Origin: Camelus dromedarius
Lineage: Eukaryota
NCBI RefSeq assembly: GCF_036321535.1
Contig: NC_087436.1
Location: 89,592,001 to 89,656,000, forward strand
DNA: 64,000 nucleotides
Reading direction: 5' to 3'
This document shows positions 26,431-39,683 of this stretch, piece after piece. The notes beneath the pieces are model-generated. The model did not search any database and was not told where the DNA came from. It saw nothing but the letters and a program-made list of their open reading frames with translations. The stretch's first letter is position 1. Every line of letters begins with the position of its first letter. The position numbers and the translations under genes were made by a program.

Positions 26431-26899
26431 AAATACAGTTAGTATATTCATTAATAGTACATTTTATTGATAATTATAGTGATTAATAATGATCATAATG
26501 TGCCTTTCATTTGATAACTATGTTTAAATGCACTTTGAGTGCATTATTTCTTTAAATTTCCCCAATAAATATGTAATTTTTGTATGATTATTTCCATTTG
26601 TTTGATTTCAAAGCCTTTACTCTTACAGCTATTTTCCTCTTTGCTGTCTTATCTAACTCATGATAGAAGGTGATAAAAATTTCAGTTGCAAATTTGTCAG
26701 TGAATAGGTCCTTTTAATATTAATATTTAATAATTATTAAATAATAATGGTTAATGTCTATTATAATTATGTAGCAGGCACTGTTCTAAGGACTTGTGTG
26801 TATTTATTTGATACCCTAACTACCCTACGAAGTAAAGCTTTTGTTAGCTAAATGCATTTTATCGTGCTTAGAAAGCTTGTGTGACCTATCCAGAATCTA

Positions 26900-29800
26900 C
26901 TTAAACATTTATCTTTTGTTAGACATATAAATTTCTCCTTTGTTACCATTTGAAATAGTACTGTATGAAGCAGCCTTATACACAGATCTTGAATCTTCAC
27001 TTTTGGTATTTTTAAGTAGAATCTTATGAAAGACTTTAAGTATAACCATGTTTATGCTTTCGTTATGTTTTGTTATACTGATTTTGATAAAAATGTTTTT
27101 TAGAAAAACTTTGCCAGCTTCTACCAGTTGTGTATAGCAGTTTCAGCATTATGTGGAGTTCAGTACACTTGAGTCCCATGTAGTAATCTCATTTTTGAAA
27201 AGCACAATTGAAACTTGAGAGGTGAAAAAAATGCCATGTCATTTATATGTTAAATGAAACTTGACTGTTGATAGTTTTAATTTGATTGTTAATAGTATGA
27301 GACATTTTAAAATAAGATAATTTTGTACTGTGTGAATGTGTGTATGTGTGTCCATGTATTGTCTATTATTTTCCTTCATCTGTTTTTTTTTTTTTGACTG
27401 ACATTCTTATCTTACTAATCTGTAAGACTTCTTGATATAGTAAAGTGCCAGTTCTTTTCAGTCATATATGCTGCAAATATTTTCTCTCTTCTGTGTTTGC
27501 CTTTTAAATTTGTTCAGGATATTTTTGACAGGTGAATTTTCAGTTTTGATGTAATCATTTAATCAGCCATTTCCTTTGACCTTTTCCAGTGAGCTTTTTT
27601 GCTTGGACAGCCTTCTGGGATCACATCAGAGAAGCATTCACAGACTTGTGCATTAGTTGCTTTGTTTTTTGAGCTATTATTCTTCCCTTTGTCAAAAATG
27701 CTCTAGACAACTGATTTCCTTTCACATCCTTGAATCTCCCAAGCTCTTTGCCAATTTAGGCTGAGAAAGAGATGCTGTAGTGCCTGTTCTCTGGGCAGTT
27801 CAGAGCTGGACCAGCTTGTGCCCAGGCTGTTTTGTAGTCTGAATTGGTTGGAGAATCCTGGCTGCCAAAGAACCTGATCTCAGCAGGGAATTCCTGGCAT
27901 TGAGCTGAGGAGCATTATTAGTCTAAAGGCTGTAGAACCAGCTTGTGACTAGGGAGTCACCAATGCCTTACAGTGTGAACACGTAGCTTTGATGCAAGTA
28001 GGTCATGGGTTGAAAAGACAGAGGAAAGTTAATTGAAAATAATCAACATTTTAAAAGCATGATTTAATTTTTGTTAGTATTCTCTCTGTAACGATGGCGT
28101 AGGAGACATTTAGCAAAATGCTTGAGAATTTCATTCACAGACATAGCTTATCTAAAGCACTGAAATCTCAAAGTTTCATCTCAATATTTAACTCATGCAA
28201 AGTATGTATTTGACTACAGAATTTCAATGACAACAACAAAATCAATCATTCCTGTTAAAACTTCAGAGATGATTCTCCATTTGTGTTTTCACAACTTAGA
28301 GTTAAAATGAGTATGAATTTAGAAACCTGATTTTGTTTGGAAATCTTATTTTGAGAAGGAACATTTTGAAACAGATTTTTTCCTGCTATTTTAAACATTT
28401 TTTTATTTGTAACAAAGTAATACAAGTATATGGTTTAAAAAACTCTAGCAGTGTAGAAAGGCTTGCAAAAACAAATGAAAAAAAATAGTCTCCTATACCA
28501 CCTCCTTCTGCCTTCAGTTTTTCTTGTCTTAGAACCATTTTCCAGTTTTCTAATTGTTTTTCTGTTTGCTATTCTTCTTGTAGCTCTGCATCATAAATTT
28601 AAATTGGTATTTCTTGATTAATCCATTTCAGCCACTGTCAATGGATGTTTTTGTATAATAGATGAATACTCAGGAATTCCTTTCTTGTACCACCGTGTTC
28701 TGATTGTGGGGTTAGAAAATCTTTTTATACCTCTGTGTGTCAGGATGAAAATTCTTTAGTTTTTACAAGTCCTTTTCAGTTCCCTGATAATTGATATTTC
28801 TACTGTGGTAACTTTATCAAATTTGTTTATCCTAATCGTTCTCTTACTATAGGTTTTTCAATTTCTAGCAACTTTTGATTATCCTTTCATATAGAGAATG
28901 ACTGGCAATGTTAGGTATATGGATGAGGACAGTTAACTGACAGACTTCATTTTGAATAATCCAGCAGGAAACTATAATTTTTCTGAGTCATAGAATTTGG
29001 ACAATTTTGCTTTCCAGGCTAATACCCACTTATTACAGTTAGCCCACAGAGAGCCACATCAGTTTCATTGGAAAGTTATCCTCCACCCCATCACGCCAAC
29101 ACTTCGGGTGCGTTTGCATGTTAGGGGTACTGATAAATGGGGACTATTTCCACTCTTCTAAAAATTAACACCGACGTGTTGTATTTAGAAGGTCAGCTCC
29201 CTCTATTTTGGGGCCCTTCTCCTTAAATTCTAGGATGGGTGTGTCCTCTTCTGTTTGTCCATGTTTGATCATCTGTCTGCCTTTATACTTTTTACTCTTT
29301 ATTGACCCTTTATGCAGATCTTGCGTTAAGACAAGAAAAATTCAGCTGTCTTGAACTAGAAACCATGTTACTTTTTAAAATAAATGTTATTGTATTTCAT
29401 TTTAAAAACAAATGCATAATCATTGAAGAAAACTTATAGTACTCAAGAACATATAAATAAGGAAGTAACCATCATCATTTGTCTCTTTATTAATGATAAT
29501 GACATTTTGCAACTTTTTTTTCAAATCTGTATCTCTTTTTACTTCTGTATCTGTAGCTCTAGTGTGATTTGTTCCAACTTTGATCCACAACATTGTTTGG
29601 TGGAAATTTTCCATGTGAATAATAATTACTCATAAATAAATTTTAAAGGAAACATAATTCTCCATTGTACACATTAATGTATCATCATATAATTTACTAT
29701 TCCCTCATGGTTACAATGTAAAGTGTTTTCTCTTTAATCACTGTTATAAATAATGTTGCAGTGAGAATTCTTTACATAATCTTTACCCCCATTCCTGAAT

Positions 29801-30130
29801 ATTTCCTTGGGATTTTATCTTAAAAATAAAATTTCTGAATCAAAGTCTATAAAATAATAAACTTCACAATTCATGTGACAAATTGCTTTACAAAAAATGT
29901 ATCCATCAGCAGTATATAAGTGGCCCATCTCACCAATATCTCTACATAGCATGGTATTAACTTTTCTTTAAATGCCAATATTACATATAGAAACTGCATT
30001 TTATTTTGCTTGGTTTTTCTTTAATCATTAACAAGGTTAAATCTTTTAAATTGTATTTGGCTATTTTTGTTTCCTCTTTCATGAACTATCTGCTTGGATC
30101 CTTTGCTGATTTTTACCATCATCATATGTA
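26900..30130 (-). mobile_element. Patchy ancient antisense L1M (L1ME-like) fragments
   Basis: T-rich blocks such as tgctgcaaatattttctc (~27470) and ctgttataaataatgttgcagtgagaattcttt (~29740); not continuous across the interval. Confidence 0.5.
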
Positions 30131-31319
30131 ACGGTTGCACTTCAGAATTTTGTAACAAACCAAAATGTGTCCCCTGTCAAAGATACCTATATATACCACT
30201 GGTTTTGTTTTAGAAATTTTGCAGTATATAGCCTGCCTGAAATGTCCAGTCAACTTTTTAAGTTTTATGTGGATTCTGTCATCATCTACACATGGTTTTG
30301 CATGTTGCCAAGCTTTTAAAAATAAGTCATAAACACGAGAAGCATAAAGAAAAGAAACATGTAGCAAAAATTATGATAGTTATATTCTTAGCACAGGAGA
30401 AATAATTGGAAGACAACTGCAAAGTGTACAACATGCAGTATCTAGCATAGTGCCTGCTGAGAGGCTGTCACTCCAAAAGTTTTTGGTGAATGAATGAGTC
30501 AGGGAATTACGAGCAAGCAGAGGACTGCAGACACAGCTGGTGTCATATCTTCTCCTTTGTTCAGTCTTGTCTGTGATTTGATAGTACATAAGGCAGATCC
30601 AGGAATTCTCCTTTTGTTTTAGTTTTTCTGCATTACTGAAAACAGTCATATCCACAACAATTCTTCAGGTGGTGCACTTGTTAGCTGATGCTGTCAAAAA
30701 TGATCTAAACTCTTCAAACAGAGTTGGGCAAATACAGGCAGTTCTTACCAAATTATCATACAAAATAGAAAGGTTATTAATTCACAGTCAAGGCAGATAC
30801 AGTTGTAAAAGTTAGTGTTTCTTTAAATAGCAGGTTACGGTATGGTTGTTTCTATAGCAATAAAACAACCTTCAGAATGTTTTAAAGTTATTCTCTTTTT
30901 GTCAAGAGTTCTTTTTTTCAGAACCTTTTAATTATAAAATAATATGAGAATCATATTAAAGATAATTAAGGGAAAAAAGGAAACAAAATCGTTTCAAGAC
31001 ACAGCTGTTAATTTACATTCCATTTTCGTAATGGTTAACGGGTATGTATTTGTTAGAAGCTACTGTAGACAGCTCAAACTAGGTGTGGGAGTTAATAAAT
31101 TTTCAGGGAATTTGAATTCAATGTGCAAAAAAATAAATATGAAAAAATAATGAGTTTGGGGTAATTTCAGTTGTCTATTTTTTTCTGCAAAAATTAATTT
31201 TATGACCATTTTTGAGACTTTCTAAGTTAAAAACCATGGACTACATCTGTGACTTTTATATCTTGTCTGTATTCCTTCCTTTGGGCAAGGTCCTCCTTTC
31301 TATATGTGAGATTCCTGGC

Positions 31320-31700
31320 TACAGGAGAAAGGACATAATCCAGGCTGGCCTGTAAGAATAGCCCTGACTGTTAGGAACAGTGATAACTCCAGAACTTTTC
31401 AAGAAATTAATATAGATGTTGGCAGTAAAAGGACCATCACATTTTTGTAGCAGGAATATTTGGTACAAGGAAACAGCAAACCCAGAGCACCTATCTTTGT
31501 TAAGATGTGGATAGGCAATTTGAGAATGAAAAGACAGCAGCCTCTGGACAACATCTGAACCTTTGGATCCCGCCAAGCCTCAAGCAAGAAACACCACGAG
31601 TATTTTCTTATCAAATGAGCCAGTAGATTTCCTTTTTAGCTTAAGCTAATTTGGGTTGAGTTTCTGTATCTTAGTAAAGAACTATGTCCTGACACCTGGT
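31320..31700 (+). mobile_element. Old MLT1 (MLT1K/L-like) LTR
   Basis: 3' end tgagccagtagatttcctttttagcttaagctaatttgggttgagtttctgt. Confidence 0.6.
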
Positions 31701-31924
31701 GTAGACACTAAGTGTGCAGCTTTCATCTCCAAGTGAAATGAACAAAAACAAACCTTTGTCACCCAGTGTAGATTAATGTAGATGGTGGCAGCAAGTGTAC
31801 AGAAGTCCAGATTGATAAAGCAACTTATATAAAAGCATTGAGGTAAGAGAGATACTAGGACACATTAAGAAAGTCAACGACATTTGGAGTGTATTAGGTG
31901 CGGGATCTAAGGATCTTGGGAGTT

Positions 31925-32893
31925 GTCACTGTCCTAAAAACAAGTAAAAAGCTAAACAAACTGAATATCCACAACTCTTCTTAGATTCATAAGAGCATTG
32001 AAGTCACAGGGAAAAATCACTGTCCCACAAGTTAGAGAAAGAGACAGGAGAACATAGAAAAATCAGTTTACTGGAGCAGAAATCTAAGCTGTAATTGACA
32101 GGTTGCTAGAGAGTCAGTGTAGGCAAGGCTAAGATTTAAAAACTCAAGGTGGCCCAGGCCTAGGGAGAGACTCACACTACGTGTTTTACTCCCATATGAT
32201 CCAGCAGTCACACTCCCTTAGTATTTACCCATATGAGTTAAAAAAACATGTCCACAAAAACACTTGCACACAAATGTTTGTAGCAGCTTTATTTATAATT
32301 GCCACAACTTGGGAGCAGCCAAAATGTCCTTCAGGAAGTGAATGGCTAAGTAAACAATGATAAATCCATAAAATGGAATATTATTCAACACTAAAAAGAA
32401 ATAAGTAACCAAGCCATGAAAAGACATGGAGGAAGCTGAAATGCATATAACTAAATGACAGAAGTCAATTGGAAAAGCCTACATACTGTATGATTTCAAC
32501 TGTATGACATGCTGTAAAGACAAAACAATGGAGACAGTAAAAGATCAGTGATTGCCAGGGATTAAGGAAGAGAGAGTGAAGCACAGACAGAGCACAGAGA
32601 ATTTTTAGGCAATGGAATCACTCTGTGTGATACTATAATGGTGGATATATGTCATACATTTGTAAAACCCATAGAAAGTACAACACAAAGAGTGAGCTCT
32701 CATGTATAAACTATGGACTTTGGGTGATAATATCTTGTCACTGTAGATTCATTGATTGTAGCAAATGTACAAAACTGGTGAGGGTTGTTAACAGCCAGGG
32801 AGGCTGTGCATATGTGTGGTCAGGGGATATATGGGAACCTACGTTCTGCTCAATTTTGCTGTGAAACTAAACTGCTCTTTAAAAAAAAAAAAG
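31925..32893 (+). mobile_element. L1MC-type LINE-1: 5'-UTR-like piece (~31925-32185) joined to an L1MC1-like 3' end (~32190-32893) with A-tail
   Basis: 3' part: cccatatgatccagcagtcacactcc ... aaaacccatagaaagtacaacacaaagagtga...ctcaattttgctgtgaaactaaactgctc + poly(A). Confidence 0.8.
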
Positions 32894-33284
32894 CCTACTA
32901 AAACCAACCCCCCTCCCCAAATCTAGTATTACCAGGAATAGGGTATATGAGAAAGTGAGAAAAGATTAAACACAGCAGGTGTGCAATGTTCTCAAATATC
33001 ATGATAACAGTCTCAGATTTTACTTGTAAGTCATTTGGGGGCTGATTATGTATGTATGTATTTACTCTTTGAGATTGTATAATTTTATTGAAAGTCTCAC
33101 CTAACACAGAGGGACTGAGATGTTTTCAGTCAGGTAGTTCCATCAGCCACCACCATTACAACCACCACCACGACTACAACAGGGGGAATGACTTAGTTTT
33201 ACATATTTTTTCTTACATCTGTGTGCTGATTCCTAATAATCATGGTGGTCTTTTCTAAATGTCTAGCAACTTTATTTCATTTAT

Positions 33285-33720
33285 TTTTTAAATTTGTTTT
33301 TATTAAGATATAATTGACATTATATTGTGTAAGTTTAAGGTTTACAATGTGTTGATTTGTTTATTGCAATATGATTACATTACCACCATAGCAATATACC
33401 TCTGTCAGGTCACATAATTATTATTTCTTTTTTTGCGGTAGGAACAATTATGATCCAGTCTTATAGCAGTTTTTAAGCTTATAATACATTATTGTTGTCT
33501 ATAATCACTATACTGTGCATTAGATCTCTAGGACTTGTTTATCTACTAGTTGCAGGTGTGTACCCTTAAACATCATCTCCCCAGCTCCCTTACCTCCAGC
33601 CCCTGGTAACCACCTTTCTACTCTGTTTTTACAAGATCAGCTTTTTTAGATTCCACATATAAATGACAGACAGTATTTGTCTTTCTTTGTCTGACTATCT
33701 CAGCGTAATGTCCTCAAGGT
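33285..33720 (-). mobile_element. L1MA-type (L1MA9-like) 3' end fragment
   Basis: ttattaagatataattgaca...cagcccctggtaaccacc...ttttagattccacatataaatga. Confidence 0.8.
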
Positions 33721-35061
33721 GTTTAAGTATTTAAAGTAAGGTAGTGACATCCCTTGTTTGCTATGTAGAAAAGCCACTCTCAGGATTGTGAAAAATAGAT
33801 TTGATGAGAGTGAGAATAGAAGAAATGAAACCAGGCAGAGGGCTCCTGATCACCCAAGTTAAATCCATGAGGATGTGGACAAAGAATTATCAGAGAGGGG
33901 AGAGATTCTAGAAGCAGTCAGGAGTTGGACAAGCAGGACCTGGTGAGGGCTTGGTGTGAGAGGTGAGTGAACAGGAGAGGAGTGGGAAGAGCAGGCTGGC
34001 CCCTCCCCTCTCAGGTCCCAGTAGATGAGTCTATGCAGGCCAACATATTCTGAATTTTTAAAAGTTTATTTAAGTCAAAAATCCATTAATTAAAACATGT
34101 TCTATCCTCCTATCTTGAAAAAATATAATTCTGTAAAGACAGATTAACTATAGTGTTAATCTAAGACTTGTGTATCACAATGTTGGCAAAATATTAATGA
34201 TAGCTAAATATAATTATTATAGCACATATCTGAGTGTTTTGGTCAGCAATTTTTCATGAAAACATTGGCTTAAGGGATTAAAAGCTAAAATGTAATTGTA
34301 CTCAAAATATATATAATTTAGTATATTTTTCAATAAAATAGTAAATTTAAGTAAACTTAAATAATTACTTTTCATATTTTTAGGAAATTCTTTTTTATCT
34401 AAAGTAACCCAATTATGTATTGAAGTTAAGATGTGAAATGCAAATTATCATGAAGTTTATACTTAACATACAATTCTAGCTTTTCACGTCCATCTGGTTG
34501 CCAGTGTAAAGAATTGGTATCACGCTTTATGCATCTTTCCTCCTTTATTTATACAAATTTAAAATCAATAGGAATTGATGAATTGTTAATATTGCTAAAT
34601 GTCCTGCAGCCTCCATTGAGCAGTTTGTAAGCTGATACTAATGCTTGAGTACATCTGAGACCACAGATTGGAGCATGAAGAGAATGTGAAAATGGATACT
34701 TGGCACTAGTGAGTAAGGATATTTATTATTGCAAGAACCCATTGTACGCATGCTAGCTGAAGGAACACTGGACAAGTTCATCAATTAATCTTTTCGTTTA
34801 CCTAAACGTCCACAGCTTAAATTCTCATCATTCTCCACAGCAAGGCCCCCTTCTGCAGTCAGTAGTGGTGCAGCCCTCACAACTTCCCATCATTCAGAAG
34901 TAATTCCCTTTTGTTTCAAGAATATAGAGCAAGAGATATGAAACACTGTCATGGGGCATGAAGGGTACTTGTCAAGAGACGATATTAGTGGCACAGTTCA
35001 CCTTGTGCCAGTCTGGGTGCCAGATCCAGAGTGACAGAGGTGCCTATGACTTCCTTAAGAG

Positions 35062-35104
35062 TGTGTGAGTGAGTGTGTGTGTTTGTGTGTGTGTGTGTGT
35101 GTGT
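35062..35104. repeat. Imperfect (GT)n microsatellite
   Basis: GT runs interrupted by GA/TT. Confidence 0.9.
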
Positions 35105-36159
35105 TGTAACAAGGGTGGTTTGTGTGGGTGGGCACAGGGGTTCCTCTTGCCTTGGTTCAGTGATGCTTGGAGGACCACTGTGACATTTTTACCTTAAATG
35201 TCTAGATAAACATTTACCCTTATCTGATGGGCCCTTAACCAGGACAGGGATTACCACAACAAGAGGAATAGATTTTGAACAAAATTTGGTTGAATTTGGG
35301 ACAAGTTAATTTTGAGATGATGGTGGGATATTCAAATTAAGAAATTTAACTGAGTTAGAAATATAGTCTGAGCCTCTGAATATAGGAATGAGTTTGCAAT
35401 ATAGAGTTAAGAGTGGTTAGCGATGTAGTTTCTAAGGGAAAGAAAGATTTTAAGATTCCACTCTCATGCTCTTTTTCCTTCTAAAGGAGAGATCTGCTTA
35501 TCGGACGTCAGATACTGAATAGGCTGTAATAACCAATGAGTGAAGTTAATCTGAGGGTCACATGGCAGGCTCCATTTGAATTTCTCCCTTGCGCCTCCTC
35601 TGCTCTTACAGTGCAGTTACTCGGCCATTTCGACAACCCTGGAGCCAATTTTTTTTTCTTTATTTGCATAGCCTCTGCCTCTTCCTGCCATGAAATTAGG
35701 ATGTGATAATACTGAAAACCTGCCTGAGGTTGAGGACGTGTGTGTGGGAGGAGAATCTGAGTGAAACAGAGAAGAGGACAAGCTTCAGAAGTCCCAGCAA
35801 AAAATGATTATAAGCTCTGAGGTTTAGGCCCAAATGTAGCTTTTGCCAAAAGCTACTTTCTCCCTTTGTCATTGTTCCTTGTATATAATCACATGACAAA
35901 GGTGATGTAGTAGAGGTTAAAATTTCAGTACTCACTGATAACCAGTCCAGCTGAGATAGGTGAAACCCCACCATAATATTAAATTGCAGGATATTAGGTA
36001 GTACAAATTCTATTATAACCTGTATTATTATTAATTAGCAGATTCAAATGGTAACATTTGAACATGTGTGCAATGAAAAGAAGTTTCCATTCCAGTCTGG
36101 GTCTGGGTCCCAAATGTTGATGCAGATAGGAGCCTTCCCTGTATGTTGCTCAAGGCTTT

Positions 36160-38010
36160 ACTTTCCTCACTAACAATATACAGACAGAAAATAATATTGT
36201 TAATAAATGTCAGTGCATATATTTTTATGCACATGTACATATAAGAATCAATTCCAAGAAGTACTGGAAAATATGTGCCTTTCACATTTTGTTGTCTTCA
36301 AATTGTTACCAAAGAGGTGGAATCAATTGATTTCTCTTCACTAGCATTTGAGATTTTTGGATTAATGCTAAATAAATATTTTCACTGTTGTCATCCTGGA
36401 GGGTAAAGGTGGTAACAAATTTTTGTTTTAAATTGCATTTTGCTGATTATGAGAGAGGTTTATACATTAATAATATTTCTTCTTTATATAATCTGCCCAT
36501 GTTTCTATTGGGTTCTTGAGTTATTCTTCTAATGTGTAGAAATGCTTTATATCTTTAGGAGACATAACCATATTTTTAGTTTATAATTTGCTACTTTTAC
36601 TTTTTTATGCTATTTTTTTCTATACTGATATTTAATAATTTTGTCATATGCAACTTTAACAATATTTTCCTCTATAGTTTCCAGGATGTGTGTCTCATGA
36701 AGAAAGTCATTCCCCCTCTAAGATAATGAATAAGTATACTTATTTTTTAAAATTTCCTATGAGATTAATTTTCACATTTTCTACTTTCATCTGTCTAAAA
36801 TCATGTTTTGGTAAAAAGAGTAATGTTGGGATGTAGCTCTATTTGTTCCTAGTGACATGCAGTCATTCTAAACACTTTAAGAAAAAACATAATCCATCTT
36901 TTCACTATTGAAGTGAAATGCCACATTTAGCTAGTTGCTAAATCCCCATCTGCATTTGCTTCTATTTCTGTTCTCTTTATTCTGTTCCTTTGATCTGTCT
37001 ACCTTTCTCACACCAAAGAAGATCAAGTGAACAAAGGTTTTGGAATATGAAAGATGTAAATAAAATCATAAGGTATATTTTATATAAATACACATACTAT
37101 ACATAAATATGTGTAAAACCAGCCAAGGTTATGTAAAGACAATTTGTAGAAGAAAAGAAATGCAATGCCTTATAAAAATTTGGAATATGCCCAACTTCAG
37201 TTAGAATCAAAGATGTGCAAATTGACTTTATGATGTTCCATTTTTGGTCTATTATGTTGGCAAAAGTTAAAATGTTTGATTAACACAGGTATTCCCTTAC
37301 TGTTTATGGAATGTAAATTGGCATTTTTTTCCTCTGATTAACCTCTTGATAATAACTCTCAAGACTCTAACTGCACGTGTTTTCAACTCAATAATTTCCT
37401 GCAGATGGTTGGTATACATTAAAAAAGGCACGTACAATGTGATACGTATAATATCGAAAGACCATAAATAAACAATCAGGGATAAGGGACCGTTTTTTAA
37501 CAAAGCATTATATACATATAATGCAATGTTATCAGCCTTTAAAAGTGATTTAAGTATGTATTGACTAGGAAAAAAATCCTTTAAATACATTGTAAGTGAA
37601 AAAATATATTTTTAAATATATAAGAAAATACTGGAGAGTTTGTAAACTAAGCTTCCCTGTATGTTAAAGAGTATACATTCATTATATGAAAAAGGCATAC
37701 GTATAGTTGGCTATATATGGATAGAAAATTTCTGAAATAATATATAAGAAAATAATAATAGTTGGTGCTTCTGGTAAGAGGCAGGATGGAGTCCTTCCAA
37801 TGTAATTGACAAAGTTTATTTAGTTGTAAGATGATTTTATAAGTAAAAGAAGATACCAACAACTCTTTTTAAAAGTGGGCAAAGTAAACCAGTAAACATT
37901 TCACAGGGAAAAATTAAGTACAGTGTTCAATCTTACTACAAAATGCACATTAACGTGAAATTTGATTCTTTACCTATCAAATTAGAAAAGTTTGGCAATG
38001 CAAAATGTTA
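36160..38010. mobile_element. Ancient L1M fragments in both orientations (minus ~36160-37010, plus ~37050-38010)
   Basis: ttttaaattgcattttgctgattatg (antisense); ttactgtttatggaatgtaaattgg and aaaagtgggcaaag (sense). Confidence 0.5.
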
Positions 38011-38148
38011 GTAGTGTTTTTTCATGGTTTGCAGTTTGAGACTACTTTATTTCCAAGGGTAATTAATAATTTGTGTGTGTGTGTGCGCGTGTGCATGTCT
38101 GTGTGTATTTCTGCCAACTTGAACCAGAATCCTTCGTTTTCTGTCTGG

Positions 38149-38489
38149 TATAAAATAATATTAATAAAGAGGAAGCCTTAATTAAATAGAGTTGAAAGAC
38201 CAGAAGGGGGAGCTCTCATGCCCTGTGATGATAGCAGAGCCCAACAGGAAGAAGAAAGATTCTTCTTTCCTGGCAAGAACTCAGCCAGTGAAAAGCCAGG
38301 GACTTTATTTACTACAACCCTCCCAGCTTCCTTTTCTTCTCTATAAAAATGTTCTCCTTCCCTTGCTGTGTGGGAATTTGTACATACATCGCCATTGTTG
38401 CAGACCCCAAGGTACAATTCTCTGCTGATCCCGAATAAGCCCACCTTTGCTTGAGAAATACTTGGTAGACCATTTGTTTCAGGTGAACA
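38149..38489 (+). mobile_element. 5' LTR of a class I endogenous retrovirus
   Basis: Begins tataaaat (decayed TG), ends ggtgaaCA; TATA-like ctataaaa (~38341), decayed polyA aataag (~38434); followed directly by a PBS; homologous to the solo LTR at 60603. Confidence 0.85.
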
Positions 38490-38491
38490 TC

Positions 38492-38512
38492 TGAGTGACC
38501 CATACAGGGACC
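38492..38512 (+). promoter_or_regulatory. Primer binding site, tRNA-Ile-like (decayed)
   Basis: TG(A)GTGACCCATACAGGGAC versus TGGTGGCCCGTACGGGGAT (complement of the tRNA-Ile(AAU) 3' end); two of the differences are CpG>CpA. Confidence 0.65.
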
Positions 38513-39059
38513 AGAGAAGGCTTCTGAGAAGGCTCTGGGCCTGGTGAGCAGATGGGTATTATCACTGTTGCTCACTGGTTTTCTTGCCAACCCTAGAGTT
38601 TGAAGGTATATGTTTCTCCTGGATTCGAGCTCATACACTCTTTGCATTTGAAAGCTCTCTAGGCATTACTTGGGATCTATTTAAAGTTTTGACTTTCTGG
38701 CTAAGACCTTGTTCTGTATGCTAGTCACTCGTTTGGCACTTCAGTCTGATCTTGAGATCAGACTGTATCAACTGAAGGTGGTTGAAATTGCTTTTGGCTC
38801 AATTCCTTCAGGAAGGGATGGCTTCAAAGGGAACTGTGCTGAGTTTTTTAGCCTTCAACCTATTCCTTTGGAAGGACTATCCTCTGAAGACTGGCTGGGG
38901 AGGGAAAAAAAAAAAACAAAAAAAACCTTGGGCTCGGCTCTTTGTGGACCAAGCTGTCTTCTTAGGATTGGCTGAGATCAGCTTGCAAACTGAATTGAGC
39001 CATTTGTGCTGTAAGCTGTCTAAGCTGTTTGAAAACTGTTTGTACTCTAGAGAAAAAAC

Positions 39060-39671
39060 TGTAATCAGATAGGGTAGGGTAGGGTGTCCCCAGAGAAAGC
39101 GAACCAGGCCTGGCTTTCTTGATATTAGAGAAACCATTTCCAGCCTGAGCCATTTTGTGATCTAAGCCTGGCCACAATGCTTGACCTTGAATAGGTCCTT
39201 TAGGAGTGATTTAAAGTAAGTCAAGTAATTACTTAAGATCAGTAAGTAAGTAATTACCGATCTTAAGGGGACAAAGGAATGCAGAAGCAAACAGACGGTT
39301 GTCAGGTAAGAGAAGTAATAATAGCAAAGATAATATATCAGTTGTAAAGACTCCCAGTTCTCTTTAAAGATTAGCCTGAAGTGCTCAACCACTAGATCAG
39401 CTGGAACCTTAGGCGTGATGATACTGACCTTTTCTGACCCTTTTAAGTTCAATCAACTAAAGCTTAGCCCAAGCTCCTTCATGAACATGCATGTACTCTT
39501 AGCCTAAAACTTCCCCAGTTTTGCTGTTCCAGGAGACGCTGCTTTGGGAAAGATCTTTGGTGTTCTCTTTATTTGCTGCAAGTAATAAATCTTTCCTTCT
39601 CCTGATCTTCGGCTTGGTTGTGTCTTTTGGCTGGACACCCACCAAGAGGCAAACCCAGTTTTCAGGTAACG
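39060..39671 (+). mobile_element. Nested ERV1-type solo LTR #1 in the proviral leader
   Basis: Starts TGtaatcaga; AATAAA ~39584; ends caggtaac(g), 12 nt before the gag ATG; no clean TSD. Confidence 0.75.
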
Positions 39672-39683
39672 AATTCTCTGAGG

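Noticed and set aside
33990..35170. Possible old hAT-Tip100-like DNA transposon remnant
   Set aside because: Only a vague resemblance; I could not define terminal inverted repeats or a TSD.
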